A stretch of DNA of 33,012 bases from Anaerolineales bacterium (GCA_048636195.1 JAIVXD010000001.1:1-33012), one strand, 5' to 3'; shown: positions 7,752 to 17,926, numbered from the stretch's first letter. Numbers and translations: made by a program. Notes: generated from the letters alone by a model not told the origin.

Positions 7752-10067
7752 TCATCCAATCCCCAGATCTCTGGTGATAGCCGCTGCCACAACCGCCTGT
7801 CCCAAAGAGATGCCTCCGTCATTGGTTGGAACAAGGGAATGAGTAAAGACCTGAAAACCTTTATCTTTCAGGGCATTTCTCAGGCCGGCCAGTAAAGTTG
7901 CGTTTTGAAAAACCCCGCCGCTTAAAACCACACGATTTAGATCGGTCTCTTTACGGAGAATTGCGCAAAGTTCTGAAAACAACCTGACCAGGGTCGTGTG
8001 AAATTTAGCACTGATATCAGACACCGACAAATTGTTTTCAATGTCTTTTACCACACCACGGATAATAGGATGAATCAGTATCCTGCGCAAGTCCTTTCCT
8101 TGTTCCCATTCATAGTCATAAGACTCCTCTGTCTCTTCGCGTATCGCCATCTCCAGTTCCATAGCGGCCTGTCCTTCGTAAGTCACCTTCTTTCTGATGC
8201 CGAGAATGGCGGCGATTCCGTCAAAGAGACGACCGAGACTGGATGTTTGAGGGGAGTTGACCTGTTTGGAGATCATTTCCAGGATAATTTTGATCTTTTC
8301 CTTCTCAAGCTCCTGAAAGAGCTGGAGGTCTAAGTCATGGAAAGCTTCGCCAAATGCATTGAAAAGATAACCCACGGCCATTCGCCACGGTTCTTTAATC
8401 GCTGCCTGGCCGCCAGGCATGGGGAGATAAACAAGATGGGCCGCGCGCGTAAATTGATGTGCCTCGACAATTAATACCTCTCCACCCCAGATACAACCGT
8501 CTGTGCCATAGCCTGTTCCGTCAAAAGAGAGCCCCAGCACCGGCCCGTCCAATCTGTTTTCCGCCATACAGCTTACGATGTGAGCATGGTGATGCTGCAC
8601 TGCAATTTTTTTCATTTCTTTTTGTTTCCTGGCGTAATGGGCGCTGAGATAGTCAGGATGAAGGTCATGGGCCACGATTTGGGGATCAATGTCGAGAATT
8701 TGTTTCATATGCTGCACGGTCAGCTCAAGAAAACGATATGTCTCAATATTTTCCAGGTCCCCTATGTGCTGGCTGATGAACGCGTTTTTCCCCTTGGTCA
8801 GGCAGATGGTGTTTTTCAGCTCAGCACCGCAGGCAAGTATCTGTGGAATTTTCTCTTTAAGGAAAACAGGGGTGGGAACGTGGCCTCGCGATCGGCGGAT
8901 AAAGCGAGTTGCTCCATCCACCCTTCTGACAATGGAATCGTCGCAGCACAAATAGATGTCCCTGTTGTGGATCAGAAAATAATCGGCAATAGCGCCAAGG
9001 CGTTCAAATGCTTCATCGTTATCAATAGAAATCGGTTCTTCACTTATGTTGCCGCTGGTCATAACCAACGCTGTGAAATCAGAACGTAAAAGAAGATAGT
9101 GAAGCGGGCTATATGGCAGCATTGTCCCGAAATTTTTATTAAACGGCGAGATTTCAGGTGAAAGCGGGTTTGGCTCTTTTTTTCTCAAAAGGACAATCGG
9201 GCGCTGAGGAGAGCTCAGAATGACCTCTTCATCCGGTTCGATATAGGCGTATTTACGAATCCGCTCAAGGTCGTAAGACATCAGTGCAAACGGTTTTTCT
9301 TCCCGGTGTTTCCTGCGGCGCAGACGGATGACCGCATCGTTTTTTCCGGCATCCACGGTAAGATGAAATCCCCCCAAACCTTTTATAGCGACAATATGCC
9401 CTTGTTTGAGAAGATCAACCGTCCTTTTGACAGGATCCTGGGCCAAAACCGGTATGCGCCGGTTGTCATAGAGAGAAACACTCGGGCCGCATATCTCGCA
9501 GGCGTTTGGCTGGGCATGAAATCTGCGGTCTGCTGGATCATCATATTCTTTCCGACATTTTGGGCACATTTTAAAATGTTTCATGGAGGTATTCGGACGG
9601 TCGTAGGGAATATCGTCTATGATGGTATACCGTGGGCCGCAGTTTGTGCAGTTGATGAAAGGATATTGATATCGCCGGTTTTCAGGATCAAACAGCTCGT
9701 GAAGACAATCATCGCATATAGCCATGTCCGGGGAGATCAGAGTAGATCGCGAAGACTCTTTTCTGCTTGTCTGGATGGTAAATTCCTTATAACCTATAAC
9801 CGGCTCGTGCGAACTTGAAATCTCTGTAATGTGGGCAAGGCGCGGGCTCTTTTCACCAAGGTCATGGACAAATGCCTTTATCTTTTGTTTGCTCCCCTCA
9901 ATGTGGATGATTACTCCAGAGGAGGTATTAGCAATGTCTCCATTGAGCTCGTAATGGAGTGCTAATTGATAAACAAATGGGCGAAACCCAACCCCCTGAA
10001 CAATACCGTTTGCCGTTAGTTTTCGTCCAACTATAATTTTTTTTGTACCTGAGCGGCATTTCATCAT
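7752..10067 (-). CDS. hypF: carbamoyltransferase HypF
   Basis: Acylphosphatase-like N-terminus (GIVQGVGFRPFVY). Two zinc-finger pairs (CDDCLHEL...CTNCGPRY and CPKCRKEY...CEICGPS). YrdC-like KGLGGFHL and a Kae1-like C-terminus. 771 aa. Confidence 0.95.
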   Translation of the reverse strand: MMKCRSGTKKIIVGRKLTANGIVQGVGFRPFVYQLALHYELNGDIANTSSGVIIHIEGSKQKIKAFVHDLGEKSPRLAHITEISSSHEPVIGYKEFTIQTSRKESSRSTLISPDMAICDDCLHELFDPENRRYQYPFINCTNCGPRYTIIDDIPYDRPNTSMKHFKMCPKCRKEYDDPADRRFHAQPNACEICGPSVSLYDNRRIPVLAQDPVKRTVDLLKQGHIVAIKGLGGFHLTVDAGKNDAVIRLRRRKHREEKPFALMSYDLERIRKYAYIEPDEEVILSSPQRPIVLLRKKEPNPLSPEISPFNKNFGTMLPYSPLHYLLLRSDFTALVMTSGNISEEPISIDNDEAFERLGAIADYFLIHNRDIYLCCDDSIVRRVDGATRFIRRSRGHVPTPVFLKEKIPQILACGAELKNTICLTKGKNAFISQHIGDLENIETYRFLELTVQHMKQILDIDPQIVAHDLHPDYLSAHYARKQKEMKKIAVQHHHAHIVSCMAENRLDGPVLGLSFDGTGYGTDGCIWGGEVLIVEAHQFTRAAHLVYLPMPGGQAAIKEPWRMAVGYLFNAFGEAFHDLDLQLFQELEKEKIKIILEMISKQVNSPQTSSLGRLFDGIAAILGIRKKVTYEGQAAMELEMAIREETEESYDYEWEQGKDLRRILIHPIIRGVVKDIENNLSVSDISAKFHTTLVRLFSELCAILRKETDLNRVVLSGGVFQNATLLAGLRNALKDKGFQVFTHSLVPTNDGGISLGQAVVAAAITRDLGIG

Positions 10068-10711
10068 TTCTTAATATGCTCTAAAATCCACCCAAACCAG
10101 TTATTGAGTCCCTTTTTTGTCTGACATGAAATTTCAAATATCTCAATTTTGGGATTGATTTTTAGGGCAGACTCGCGGATCTTATTCATATCACAATTCA
10201 CATAGGGGAGGAGATCTATCTTGTTAATCAGGAGCACCGATGCCTCATGAAACATCAAAGGGTATTTTTCCGGCTTGTCATCCCCTTCGGTGACGCTTAA
10301 TATCATTACCTTGCAGTCTTCCCCCAGATCAAATTCAGCAGGGCAGACCAGGTTCCCCACGTTTTCGATAAACAAAAGATCTATTTCTTTTGTGTTAATA
10401 GAGCCAAGCGCGGCCTTTATCATATTCCCGTCCAGGTGGCATGCGCCATCTGTATTGATCTGCACGGCGGTGGCCCCCGCACGGATGATTCTTTCGGCGT
10501 CTGCCGAAGTCTGGATATCCCCTTCAATGACCCCGATACGTAAGTTTTCTTTCAGATGTCCGACGGTGTTCTCCAGCAAGGTGGTCTTTCCGGCTCCGGG
10601 GGAACTCATAAGATTCAGGACCAGCAGGTTGTCTTTTCGGAATAACTCTCTGTGTTCATTAGCGATACGATCATTGACCTCAAGAATGTTGCGTACAACA
10701 GGCACTTTCAA
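10064..10711 (-). CDS. hypB: hydrogenase nickel-incorporation GTPase HypB
   Basis: P-loop SSPGAGKTT and ENVGNLVCPA. There is no His-rich N-terminal tract. 4-nt overlaps with both hypC and hypF. Confidence 0.95.
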   Translation of the reverse strand: MKVPVVRNILEVNDRIANEHRELFRKDNLLVLNLMSSPGAGKTTLLENTVGHLKENLRIGVIEGDIQTSADAERIIRAGATAVQINTDGACHLDGNMIKAALGSINTKEIDLLFIENVGNLVCPAEFDLGEDCKVMILSVTEGDDKPEKYPLMFHEASVLLINKIDLLPYVNCDMNKIRESALKINPKIEIFEISCQTKKGLNNWFGWILEHIKK

Positions 10712-10935
10712 ACTAAAACCTCCTTATCTGCCAGTTCCCGAAGGAGCTTAAGAGATTCTTGCGCCTCTTTGGGATCTATTTTGTGGATGGCAAATCCTGC
10801 GTGAATAATTACATAATCTCCGACAACTGCATCGGCAAGGAGCATCAGGGACGTGGAACATGTCACGCCGCCAACATTGATTAAGGCCATCTCATCGTCG
10901 ATTTTTATCACTTTCGCAGGTATGGCAATACACAT
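10708..10935 (-). CDS. hypC: hydrogenase assembly chaperone HypC
   Basis: 75 aa, N-terminus MCIAIPAKV with the essential Cys2. AGGAGGGG RBS upstream. Confidence 0.93.
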   Translation of the reverse strand: MCIAIPAKVIKIDDEMALINVGGVTCSTSLMLLADAVVGDYVIIHAGFAIHKIDPKEAQESLKLLRELADKEVLV

Positions 10936-11209
10936 CTATGTCCCCTCCTATATTTAATCTGTTCGTATTTAATCTATCCGGCTCCACGCCAATAATAACG
11001 GTCTTAGGCGTATTTCCAATGGTTTGGCTCAAGGTTAATGATTCCAGCAGGACAATCTGATGCAAAGAGTTCTTGTATTTCATCTTTGTTGGAATGTCGC
11101 TTGCTTTGAACCGGCAGACCGTTCCTGAATGCTTTCCCTTTTTTTCCGCATCAAGGACTATGAGATGGAATGGAGATGCAACTTTTTGATTTATGCTAAC
11201 ATTGCACAC
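10892..11209 (-). pseudogene. remnant of a second hydrogenase maturation endopeptidase gene (central portion only)
   Basis: HLIVLDAEKKGKHSGTV and SLHQIVLLESLTLSQTIGNTPKTVIIGVEP match the middle and late conserved blocks of HybD/HycI-type proteases (Asp and His ligand regions). The N-terminal GNxxxxDDGxG block is missing because upstream sequence is AT-rich non-coding. The frame runs out of register into hypC. Confidence 0.4.
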
Positions 11210-11410
11210 CAGAAACTGCGATTGCAGATAATAAAATTAATATATTACCATTTTTTTTGGAAATTACAAGCAGAAAATGTAACATCAATGAGTTTGGGCA
11301 ATTTCTGGAAACCTGACACCTGACAAATTCGATTTTTTACAGGTTCATCAATTAAGATAAACATATACATTCAATTAATCCTGTCCAAAGAGAAAGATTT
11401 TTTGTATATA

Positions 11411-11563
11411 CCTCGGAAGGTTATAAATTGCGTTTTTTTCGGTGAGCAATGAGCATCAAGAGCAAGGCGCGAAGGTGCCCAATAGCAAGCTATTTCAAGC
11501 CTGAGCAACACAGCTATTGATGTTCATGGCCAGCGAAAAATCGCAAGTTATGGCCTTTCGAGG
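11411..11563. repeat. long imperfect inverted repeat (about 47-49 bp arms, about 57-nt centre) in the hypC/hypA divergent intergenic region
   Basis: Left arm 11411-11459 is cctcggaaggttataaattgcgtttttttcggtgagcaatgagcatcaa. The reverse complement of 11517-11563 is cctcgaaaggccataacttgcgatttttcgctggccatgaacatcaa. Several mismatches would be G:U pairs in a plus-strand RNA. The centre holds a small palindrome, aatagcaagctatt (11481-11494). Confidence 0.5.
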
Positions 11564-11569
11564 TATAAT
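11541..11569 (+). promoter_or_regulatory. candidate promoter for hypA
   Basis: A perfect TATAAT lies at 11564-11569, with a weak -35 (TCGCAA, 11541-11546) 17 nt upstream, about 80 nt before the hypA ATG. The -35 lies inside the right arm of the inverted repeat. Confidence 0.3.
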
Positions 11570-11651
11570 TAACTTGGGGTCAAGATTGAAACAATTTTGA
11601 AAAAGGTTCAGTTTTTTTTGATATGCATCTTAAGGATTGACGGGAATTATT

Positions 11652-11993
11652 ATGCACGAACTTTCTATTGCCGAAAGCCTTCTTTCCATTGTTCAAGAGG
11701 AAATCACACGTCATTGTCTGGAAAATGTGATCAGCGTTAAAATAAAGGTGGGCAAATTTACGGCGATTCAACCTGACGCCCTTTCATTCTGTTTTGAACT
11801 CATTACCGAAGATACTTCCCTAAAAGGAGTTGCGTTGGATATAGAAATTTTGGCTATAAAGGGGTATTGTGAGGAGTGTAAAGAATGCTTTGAATTAAAA
11901 GAGCCTATCATGATTTGTCCGAAGTGCCAGTGCTGGAATGTTCGCATAGAAGGGGGCCGGGAGTTGTATATAGCTGAGATAGAAGTAGAGTAA
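11652..11993 (+). CDS. hypA: hydrogenase nickel-insertion protein HypA
   Basis: MHELSIA N-terminus and CxxC...CxxC zinc site (CEECKE...CPKCQC). The track ORF begins at an upstream TTG (11637), but the family consensus starts at MHE. Confidence 0.9.
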   Translation: MHELSIAESLLSIVQEEITRHCLENVISVKIKVGKFTAIQPDALSFCFELITEDTSLKGVALDIEILAIKGYCEECKECFELKEPIMICPKCQCWNVRIEGGRELYIAEIEVE

Positions 11994-12089
11994 GGGCTCG
12001 GTCAAAAATTAAACTATTTAAAATCAAATTAGCGCCCTTTGGGCGACTTGTTGGTGTTCAAAATACGGCACCAGCGCTGGTTGTTGAAC

Positions 12090-14222
12090 TCATTGCTCAA
12101 GATCCTCCTGGTCCAGTACCTCCCGCACCTTGAGCGCCAGACCTTTGGGTGTAAAAGGCTTTTCAAGGAAATTCAGCCCAGGCTCCAGAACACCGTGATG
12201 AACTATGGCGTCGTCCGTGTACCCTGACATATAAATCACCTTCATTTCTGGATATAGAGGTTGCAGCCGTTTTGCTGCTTCCCTGCCGCCCATCTTTGGC
12301 ATCACCACATCAGTTATCATCAGATCAATCTGACCATCGTGCTCCTTGCAGACCCTCAGGGCATCTTCGCCATTTTTAGCCACAAGGAGTTTGTACCCCT
12401 GCTGCCTGAGAGCTTTTTGCGCAAATTTTCGAAGATTGTCATCATCCTCCACAATCAAAACGGTCTCAGAACCGCCAGGATCGTCCACTGGGGTTTGTTC
12501 TTTTTCCTCAGTCTCCGAATCCTTTACATTAGGCAGATAGACCTTGAATATTGTCCCTTTCCCGGGCTCGCTGTAGACCCAGATAAAGCCATTATTTTGT
12601 TTGACAATGCCGTATATAGTGGACAGGCCTAATCCGGTGCCCTGGCCGACTTCTTTTGTGGTGAAGAAAGGATCGAAGATATGTTCCCGGGTTTCTTTAT
12701 CCATCCCGCTGCCGGTATCGCTTACAGCCAGCATCACATAATGGCCTGACTTTTTTCCTTCAATACCGTACTCTCGAAAATAATTCTCGTTCAGATCAGC
12801 GTTGGCTGTCTCAATGGTGAGCTTGCCACCCTTTGGCATGGCATCTCTGGCATTGATCGCAAGGTTCATGATTACCTGCTCAATCTGGCCGGGGTCTATT
12901 TCCACCTGCCACAATGCAGGAGCCGGATTCGTCAACAACTCAATATCCTCTCCAATCAGGCGGCCAAGCATCTTTTCTATATCTGTTAATACTTCATTAA
13001 TATCCAGGAGCATAGGCTGGAGAATCTGCTTGCGGCTGAAGGCAAGAAGCTGGTGGGTCAAAAAAGCTGCTTTTTCTCCGGCTTTCTTAATCTCTTTTAT
13101 TCCATTGCGTAAGGATTCATCCTTGATGACATCCATCAACGCAAGCTCGGCATTCCCGATGATGGTGGTCAGTATATTGTTGAAGTCATGGGCAATCCCG
13201 CCGGCCAGAATGCCGATGGACTCCATCTTTTGGGCCTGAGCTAATTGGGTTTCAAGTTGTTTTTGTTCGCTAATATCTCTTGCGGCTACAAAAGCCCCGG
13301 CTACGCGCCCTTGTGCATCTTTGTAAACAGAAGCATTGTAAAGGACAGGGGTGACCTTTCCATCACGGTGTTTGATCTCAAGAGGATAATCCCGGATATA
13401 TCCATCTCGGAAGACCTGTTGATAACTTCTGTTCGATGCATCAGGGTCGGTAAAACAGTTTGAAAAGTCAGTACCGACGATCTCCTTACGGGACATTCCT
13501 GTGATAAACTCTGTTGCTTGGTTTACATCAGTAATCTTACCTTCGGCTGATATCATTACCAAAGCGTCAAGGTTGGCTTCAATAAGCCCGCGTGTATATT
13601 GCTGAGTTTCTTTCAGCGCTTCCTCCGCCCGCTTGTACTCGATGGTTCTCAATTTTTCTACTTCAATCTTTTTTCGGTACAGGTTGGCATTCTGTATGGC
13701 CATGGCAATATAGTCAGCCAGTGTATACAGAAACCGTAGATCTTTTTGCTTAAAGGGCGTTTCAAATTCTCTTCCGCTAAGATTGACCAATCCAAGCAGA
13801 TCCTTCTTTATGACCAGGGGAATCGACAATACAATATCACCCCCCGCTTTTTCTGCCATCTTTTGGAATAAGATCTTTATTGGAAGTGTTTCCTCGAGTT
13901 CAGAAAGGAATATTGCAGCCTTTCTTTCGATTATCCCCTGAATAATATCTTTGTTTACGTTTATCCTGGTTTTTCTTATGGTGTGTCTTTTCAGACCCTT
14001 GACCGCTTCAACGCTCAATTGCCGAGATTTTTCATCAAATAGCATTATATAGCCCACGTCCACCCGCAGCAGTTCAACAAATGCATCAATTGCTATCTCC
14101 AGCAATTTCTTCAGGTCAAAAATGGAAGGCATCAATTTAGCTTGGACAAACATTGCATAAGATCGAAAACTCAATTCATCCAGCTCATCTATCGGTGGAT
14201 AATTTTCAGTCAAACCAAGCAC
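12090..14222 (-). CDS. hybrid sensor histidine kinase (GAF-PAS-HisKA-HATPase-receiver)
   Basis: N-terminal GAF-like module and a PAS-like region. H-box GGIAHDFNNILT, ATPase boxes (NLAINARDAM, DTGSGM, GQGTGLGLS). C-terminal receiver (LIVEDDD...DLMITDVVMPKMGG). Confidence 0.9.
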   Translation of the reverse strand: MLGLTENYPPIDELDELSFRSYAMFVQAKLMPSIFDLKKLLEIAIDAFVELLRVDVGYIMLFDEKSRQLSVEAVKGLKRHTIRKTRINVNKDIIQGIIERKAAIFLSELEETLPIKILFQKMAEKAGGDIVLSIPLVIKKDLLGLVNLSGREFETPFKQKDLRFLYTLADYIAMAIQNANLYRKKIEVEKLRTIEYKRAEEALKETQQYTRGLIEANLDALVMISAEGKITDVNQATEFITGMSRKEIVGTDFSNCFTDPDASNRSYQQVFRDGYIRDYPLEIKHRDGKVTPVLYNASVYKDAQGRVAGAFVAARDISEQKQLETQLAQAQKMESIGILAGGIAHDFNNILTTIIGNAELALMDVIKDESLRNGIKEIKKAGEKAAFLTHQLLAFSRKQILQPMLLDINEVLTDIEKMLGRLIGEDIELLTNPAPALWQVEIDPGQIEQVIMNLAINARDAMPKGGKLTIETANADLNENYFREYGIEGKKSGHYVMLAVSDTGSGMDKETREHIFDPFFTTKEVGQGTGLGLSTIYGIVKQNNGFIWVYSEPGKGTIFKVYLPNVKDSETEEKEQTPVDDPGGSETVLIVEDDDNLRKFAQKALRQQGYKLLVAKNGEDALRVCKEHDGQIDLMITDVVMPKMGGREAAKRLQPLYPEMKVIYMSGYTDDAIVHHGVLEPGLNFLEKPFTPKGLALKVREVLDQEDLEQ

Positions 14223-14261
14223 CTCCGTGAATTAAACGCATGTTTTGTTCTTATTTGGCAA

Positions 14262-14897
14262 CTATTTATTTGTCATTTCTTTGATTTTCATTTCTATCTT
14301 TTCGATTATAATGTCTAAGGATTGACGGTCGAATACCAGTATAAAGCTTCCCCCTATCTCGAGAGATGGGTCCGTAAATTCGGTCTGGATACAGAATATG
14401 CAGTCCGCATCCTCACCGAATTCAATAGCCAGGGCCTCCAGGATTGCCCCAACCATATCATAGGCCATCAGTGGAACAGAGGGTATCAACACTATATTCA
14501 AAAAGTCAGCTAACGTGGTCAGAAATGCTCCGGTCAGGATATTTCCTACTTCTTTGATGGCCGAACAATCGATTTCCTTCAAGAATTTAGTCTGTCCGGC
14601 AGTCCGCTTCATCAATATATCCACCAGGTTAAATGTACTTTGCCTGGGAAATATCAGTAGGGACCTTCCCTGGGTGTCACCCATAAGCTGCATATATACG
14701 GCTGCTACAAAGTTTTCCGGAGGCCCAACAAGTTTCACTATTTTCTTTAAAGATAACACCTTCACTTCCGGTACAGTTATCATAATCTTCTTGCCAGCTA
14801 GTTGTGAGAGGGCATTAGCCGCATGGCCGGCCCCAATTGTGCCCACCTCTTTTAAGGCATCAAGCAGTTCTTTACTCAATATGTCAGAATTATCCAT
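14262..14897 (-). CDS. cheC: CheC/CheX-family CheY-P phosphatase
   Basis: One canonical S-x3-E-x2-N site (SAIKEVGN) and one degenerate first site (DALKEVGT). The start was chosen at MDNSD (14897) because GGGAG lies 7 nt upstream; the track ORF extends to 14945. Confidence 0.8.
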   Translation of the reverse strand: MDNSDILSKELLDALKEVGTIGAGHAANALSQLAGKKIMITVPEVKVLSLKKIVKLVGPPENFVAAVYMQLMGDTQGRSLLIFPRQSTFNLVDILMKRTAGQTKFLKEIDCSAIKEVGNILTGAFLTTLADFLNIVLIPSVPLMAYDMVGAILEALAIEFGEDADCIFCIQTEFTDPSLEIGGSFILVFDRQSLDIIIEKIEMKIKEMTNK

Positions 14898-14962
14898 AAT
14901 AGCTCCCTTTTTTGGATTGTTTGTTGATTGAAGGTATTCCATCAATCAACAATCCAACGTGC

Positions 14963-16837
14963 TCATGTTACAAGCGATGCCACGTCTAATATAAAAGCCA
15001 CCTTTCCATCTCCCAGAATGGTAGCACCGGCATAGCCTTTAACGCCTTTTAGATAGCCATCCAAGGACTTAATAACGATTTCCTGCTGTCCTATCAGGCC
15101 GTCAACTACCAGGCCTATCCTCTTGCCACCAATTTCCACCACCAGAACGTCGAATTCCGGTTTGGTATCTTCCTCAACATCGAGTTCCAGAGCCTTAGTT
15201 AGGCGTATCAAAGGAACAACTCCCTTTCTTAAAGAAATTGCCTCTTCTCCCTTAATTGTTTTAACATCACAGGCATTGACTCTGACTATCTCTTGCACAT
15301 TGGCTAATGGAACGATAAAGATCTCCTTTCCCACCATAACCAGCAGGCCCCGTGCTATTACCATTGTGAGGGGCAATTTCAGGGCAACTTTAGTCCCGGT
15401 GCCTTTCTCTGAGTCAATGGCCAGCGTGCCATCAAGGGATTGCATGGTTGTCTTTACCACATCCAACCCCACCCCCCTGCCTGAAACATCCGTGGCCTCC
15501 TCGGTGGTAGAAAAACCGGGAGCGCATATCAACATCAGTTTCTCCTTATCAGTTAAGCTAAAGCCCTCCTCCGGTTTTATGATCCCTTTCTTTACGGCTA
15601 AATCAAGAATCCGGTCCGGCTCTATCCCCTTTCCGTTATCTGAAACCTCTATGACCACATGCTCCTTTTCCCGACTGGCGCTCAGTCTTATAGAGCCTGT
15701 CTCAGGCTTTCGGGCATTCTTTCTTTCCGCAGCAGATTCGATTCCATGGTCAACAGCATTTCTAAACAAATGGATCAGGGAATCGCTGATCTCATCCAGT
15801 ATAGTTCGGTCTACCTCTACTTCCGTCCCTTTTACTATAAAGTCAATTTTTTTATTCTCAACTCTGGCCAGATCTCTTACCATTCTGGGAAACCTGTTAA
15901 AGATCAGGTCCACGGGAACGAGCCTCGCCTGCATCACCTCATCCTGAATATCAGCGATCAACCGGTCCAGATGGGCAATAGCTTCCGTTAATTCGGGTAT
16001 GTCATGCATCGAACCGATCCGGATCAATCTAATCTTATCGATGACTAATTCGCCAACCAGATTCATCAGTTTGTCAAGACGTCCTATATCTACCCGAATA
16101 GTCTGTGCCTTACTCAAGGAGGGGATTTTTATTGCCGGCAGGCTGACAGATGAGATATCTACGCTGTCTACTTCTGAGACGGATTCGATAACTTTCCTGA
16201 TCTTTTCTTCATTCTCCTTAGTTACAAAAAAGACCGTGAACGATTGATCAAACTTTTCATCTTCTATGTCTCTGACTTTGGGTGCCGTGTTGGCTATTTC
16301 CCCGAATTTGCCCAAATTTTTCAGCACTATAAAGGCTCTGAGCGATTTGAATATACAATCTTCCTTCAAGGTGATCTTAATCTGAGCGTTATACTCCTTT
16401 TCCGGCTCCACCGTAACCGGCACCTCTTCTGCTGTCTCGGGCTTCAAGGGAGGCTCTGCAAAAGATATCGCCTTGAGTCTGCCTATGAGCGGGGTGATCT
16501 CTATTTTTCTTTTTTTCTGCTTTGCAACACTACCTATAAGAGTCTCCAAAAAGTCAAAGGTTTCAAACAGTATGCCTATAATAGAGGAATCGGGCTTTAT
16601 GTTTTGGCTCCGCAATTTATCCATGAGGTTTTCCATCTCGTGGGCGAGCGTTGATATATCTTCATATCCCAAGGAGGCCGAGCCGCCTTTTATAGTATGG
16701 GAATGGCGAAACAACTCATCTATGAGATCCCTTCTGCCCGGTTCCTTCTCCAGTTCCAAAAGGGCTCTGTTCATATCCTGAAGGTCTTCTTCCGACTCAG
16801 CAATAAAGGCCCTCATGTATTTAGAATTATCGCTCAT
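14963..16837 (-). CDS. cheA: chemotaxis histidine kinase CheA
   Basis: Hpt site HSHTIKGGSASLG, kinase G boxes (DNGKGI, GRGVGLDVV) and a C-terminal CheW-like domain. Confidence 0.95.
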   Translation of the reverse strand: MSDNSKYMRAFIAESEEDLQDMNRALLELEKEPGRRDLIDELFRHSHTIKGGSASLGYEDISTLAHEMENLMDKLRSQNIKPDSSIIGILFETFDFLETLIGSVAKQKKRKIEITPLIGRLKAISFAEPPLKPETAEEVPVTVEPEKEYNAQIKITLKEDCIFKSLRAFIVLKNLGKFGEIANTAPKVRDIEDEKFDQSFTVFFVTKENEEKIRKVIESVSEVDSVDISSVSLPAIKIPSLSKAQTIRVDIGRLDKLMNLVGELVIDKIRLIRIGSMHDIPELTEAIAHLDRLIADIQDEVMQARLVPVDLIFNRFPRMVRDLARVENKKIDFIVKGTEVEVDRTILDEISDSLIHLFRNAVDHGIESAAERKNARKPETGSIRLSASREKEHVVIEVSDNGKGIEPDRILDLAVKKGIIKPEEGFSLTDKEKLMLICAPGFSTTEEATDVSGRGVGLDVVKTTMQSLDGTLAIDSEKGTGTKVALKLPLTMVIARGLLVMVGKEIFIVPLANVQEIVRVNACDVKTIKGEEAISLRKGVVPLIRLTKALELDVEEDTKPEFDVLVVEIGGKRIGLVVDGLIGQQEIVIKSLDGYLKGVKGYAGATILGDGKVAFILDVASLVT

Positions 16838-16864
16838 CTTTTATGCTTTCTCCAGTATCCGGTA

Positions 16865-17926
16865 TCATACCATCTTCATTATCTCTTCGGCTATTTTACT
16901 TAAAGGAACCACCTTATCCACAGCCCCTTCTTCGACCGCTGCTTTCGGCATGCCATACACCACACAGGTATCCTTATCCTGGGCAATTGTCTTGCCCTTA
17001 TTCTCCTTTATGGCCTTCATTCCCTTTGCCCCATCGTTGCCCATGCCGGTTAGAATAACCCCCGCTGCCTTATCTTCATAGACCTCTGCCACTGAAAGCA
17101 TCATCTTATCAACCGTGGGCCTCAGGCCATAGACAGGGGACTCCTGATTAAGACTTATAACCCCTGACGTCCTTTTGCCGGATATCTCTCTTTTTATGAT
17201 CATGTGATAATCGCCAGGAGCAATCAATGCCTTTCCCTGCTCTATTCTGTCACCTGCTTCCGCCTCTTTTACCTCTATCCGGGACTCGCTGTCCAACCTG
17301 CTGGCAAACGTTTTTGTGAACCCTTTGGGCATGTGCTGCACAATCAATAATCCTGTGGGAATATCAGGGTCGAGTTGGGAAAGTATCTCCCTTACGGCAC
17401 GTGGACCACCGGTGGATGCTCCAATAGCGACAACTCTCATTCCCTGAGCAATCTTCTTAGATTTGGCCGTTGGATATTTTTCAGGAATTTTTTTAGGCCG
17501 TATAAATTTGAGCCCATCAAGATCAACTCCGGCAGCTACCCTGATCTTGGCTATTAATTCATCACCTACCACTCTTATATCTCTTGATACAGGCCCTGAT
17601 GGCTTGGAAACAAAATCGACCGCCCCGTATTCCAGGGCACGAAAGGTGGCTTCTGCATCCTTTTGAGTATAGGCACTGACCATAACCACGGGAGTGGGAA
17701 TTTCGCTCATGATATAACCCAGGGCATGTAAACCATCCAGACGGGGCATTTCAACGTCCAGGGTAACCACATCAGGCTTTAGTTCGGCTACTCTCATGAT
17801 CCCGTCTTCACCATCCTTTGCCGTGGCTACCACCTCAATCCCCTTGTCAGAGTTGAGAATATCCGAAATCATCAGCCTCATCAAGGCAGAATCATCCACC
17901 ACCAGGACACGAATCTTATTGCTCAT
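16865..17926 (-). CDS. cheB: chemotaxis response regulator protein-glutamate methylesterase CheB
   Basis: Receiver domain (VLVVDDSALMR) plus esterase triad contexts GASTGGP, VQHMP and GMGNDG. Confidence 0.95.
   Translation of the reverse strand: MSNKIRVLVVDDSALMRLMISDILNSDKGIEVVATAKDGEDGIMRVAELKPDVVTLDVEMPRLDGLHALGYIMSEIPTPVVMVSAYTQKDAEATFRALEYGAVDFVSKPSGPVSRDIRVVGDELIAKIRVAAGVDLDGLKFIRPKKIPEKYPTAKSKKIAQGMRVVAIGASTGGPRAVREILSQLDPDIPTGLLIVQHMPKGFTKTFASRLDSESRIEVKEAEAGDRIEQGKALIAPGDYHMIIKREISGKRTSGVISLNQESPVYGLRPTVDKMMLSVAEVYEDKAAGVILTGMGNDGAKGMKAIKENKGKTIAQDKDTCVVYGMPKAAVEEGAVDKVVPLSKIAEEIMKMV

Noticed and set aside
11129-11323. Track ORFs 11129-11323 (+), 11580-11771 (-) and 12039-12227 (+) in or next to intergenic regions.
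   Set aside because: They overlap better-supported genes or AT-rich promoter regions, give hydrophobic or low-complexity translations, and have no RBS or motif support.
12031-12050. Small hairpin cgccc-ttt-gggcg between convergent hypA and the hybrid kinase, as a possible terminator. The palindrome accagcgctggt lies nearby.
   Set aside because: The stem is only 5 bp and no clear U-tract follows on either strand. This is too weak to call without transcript data.
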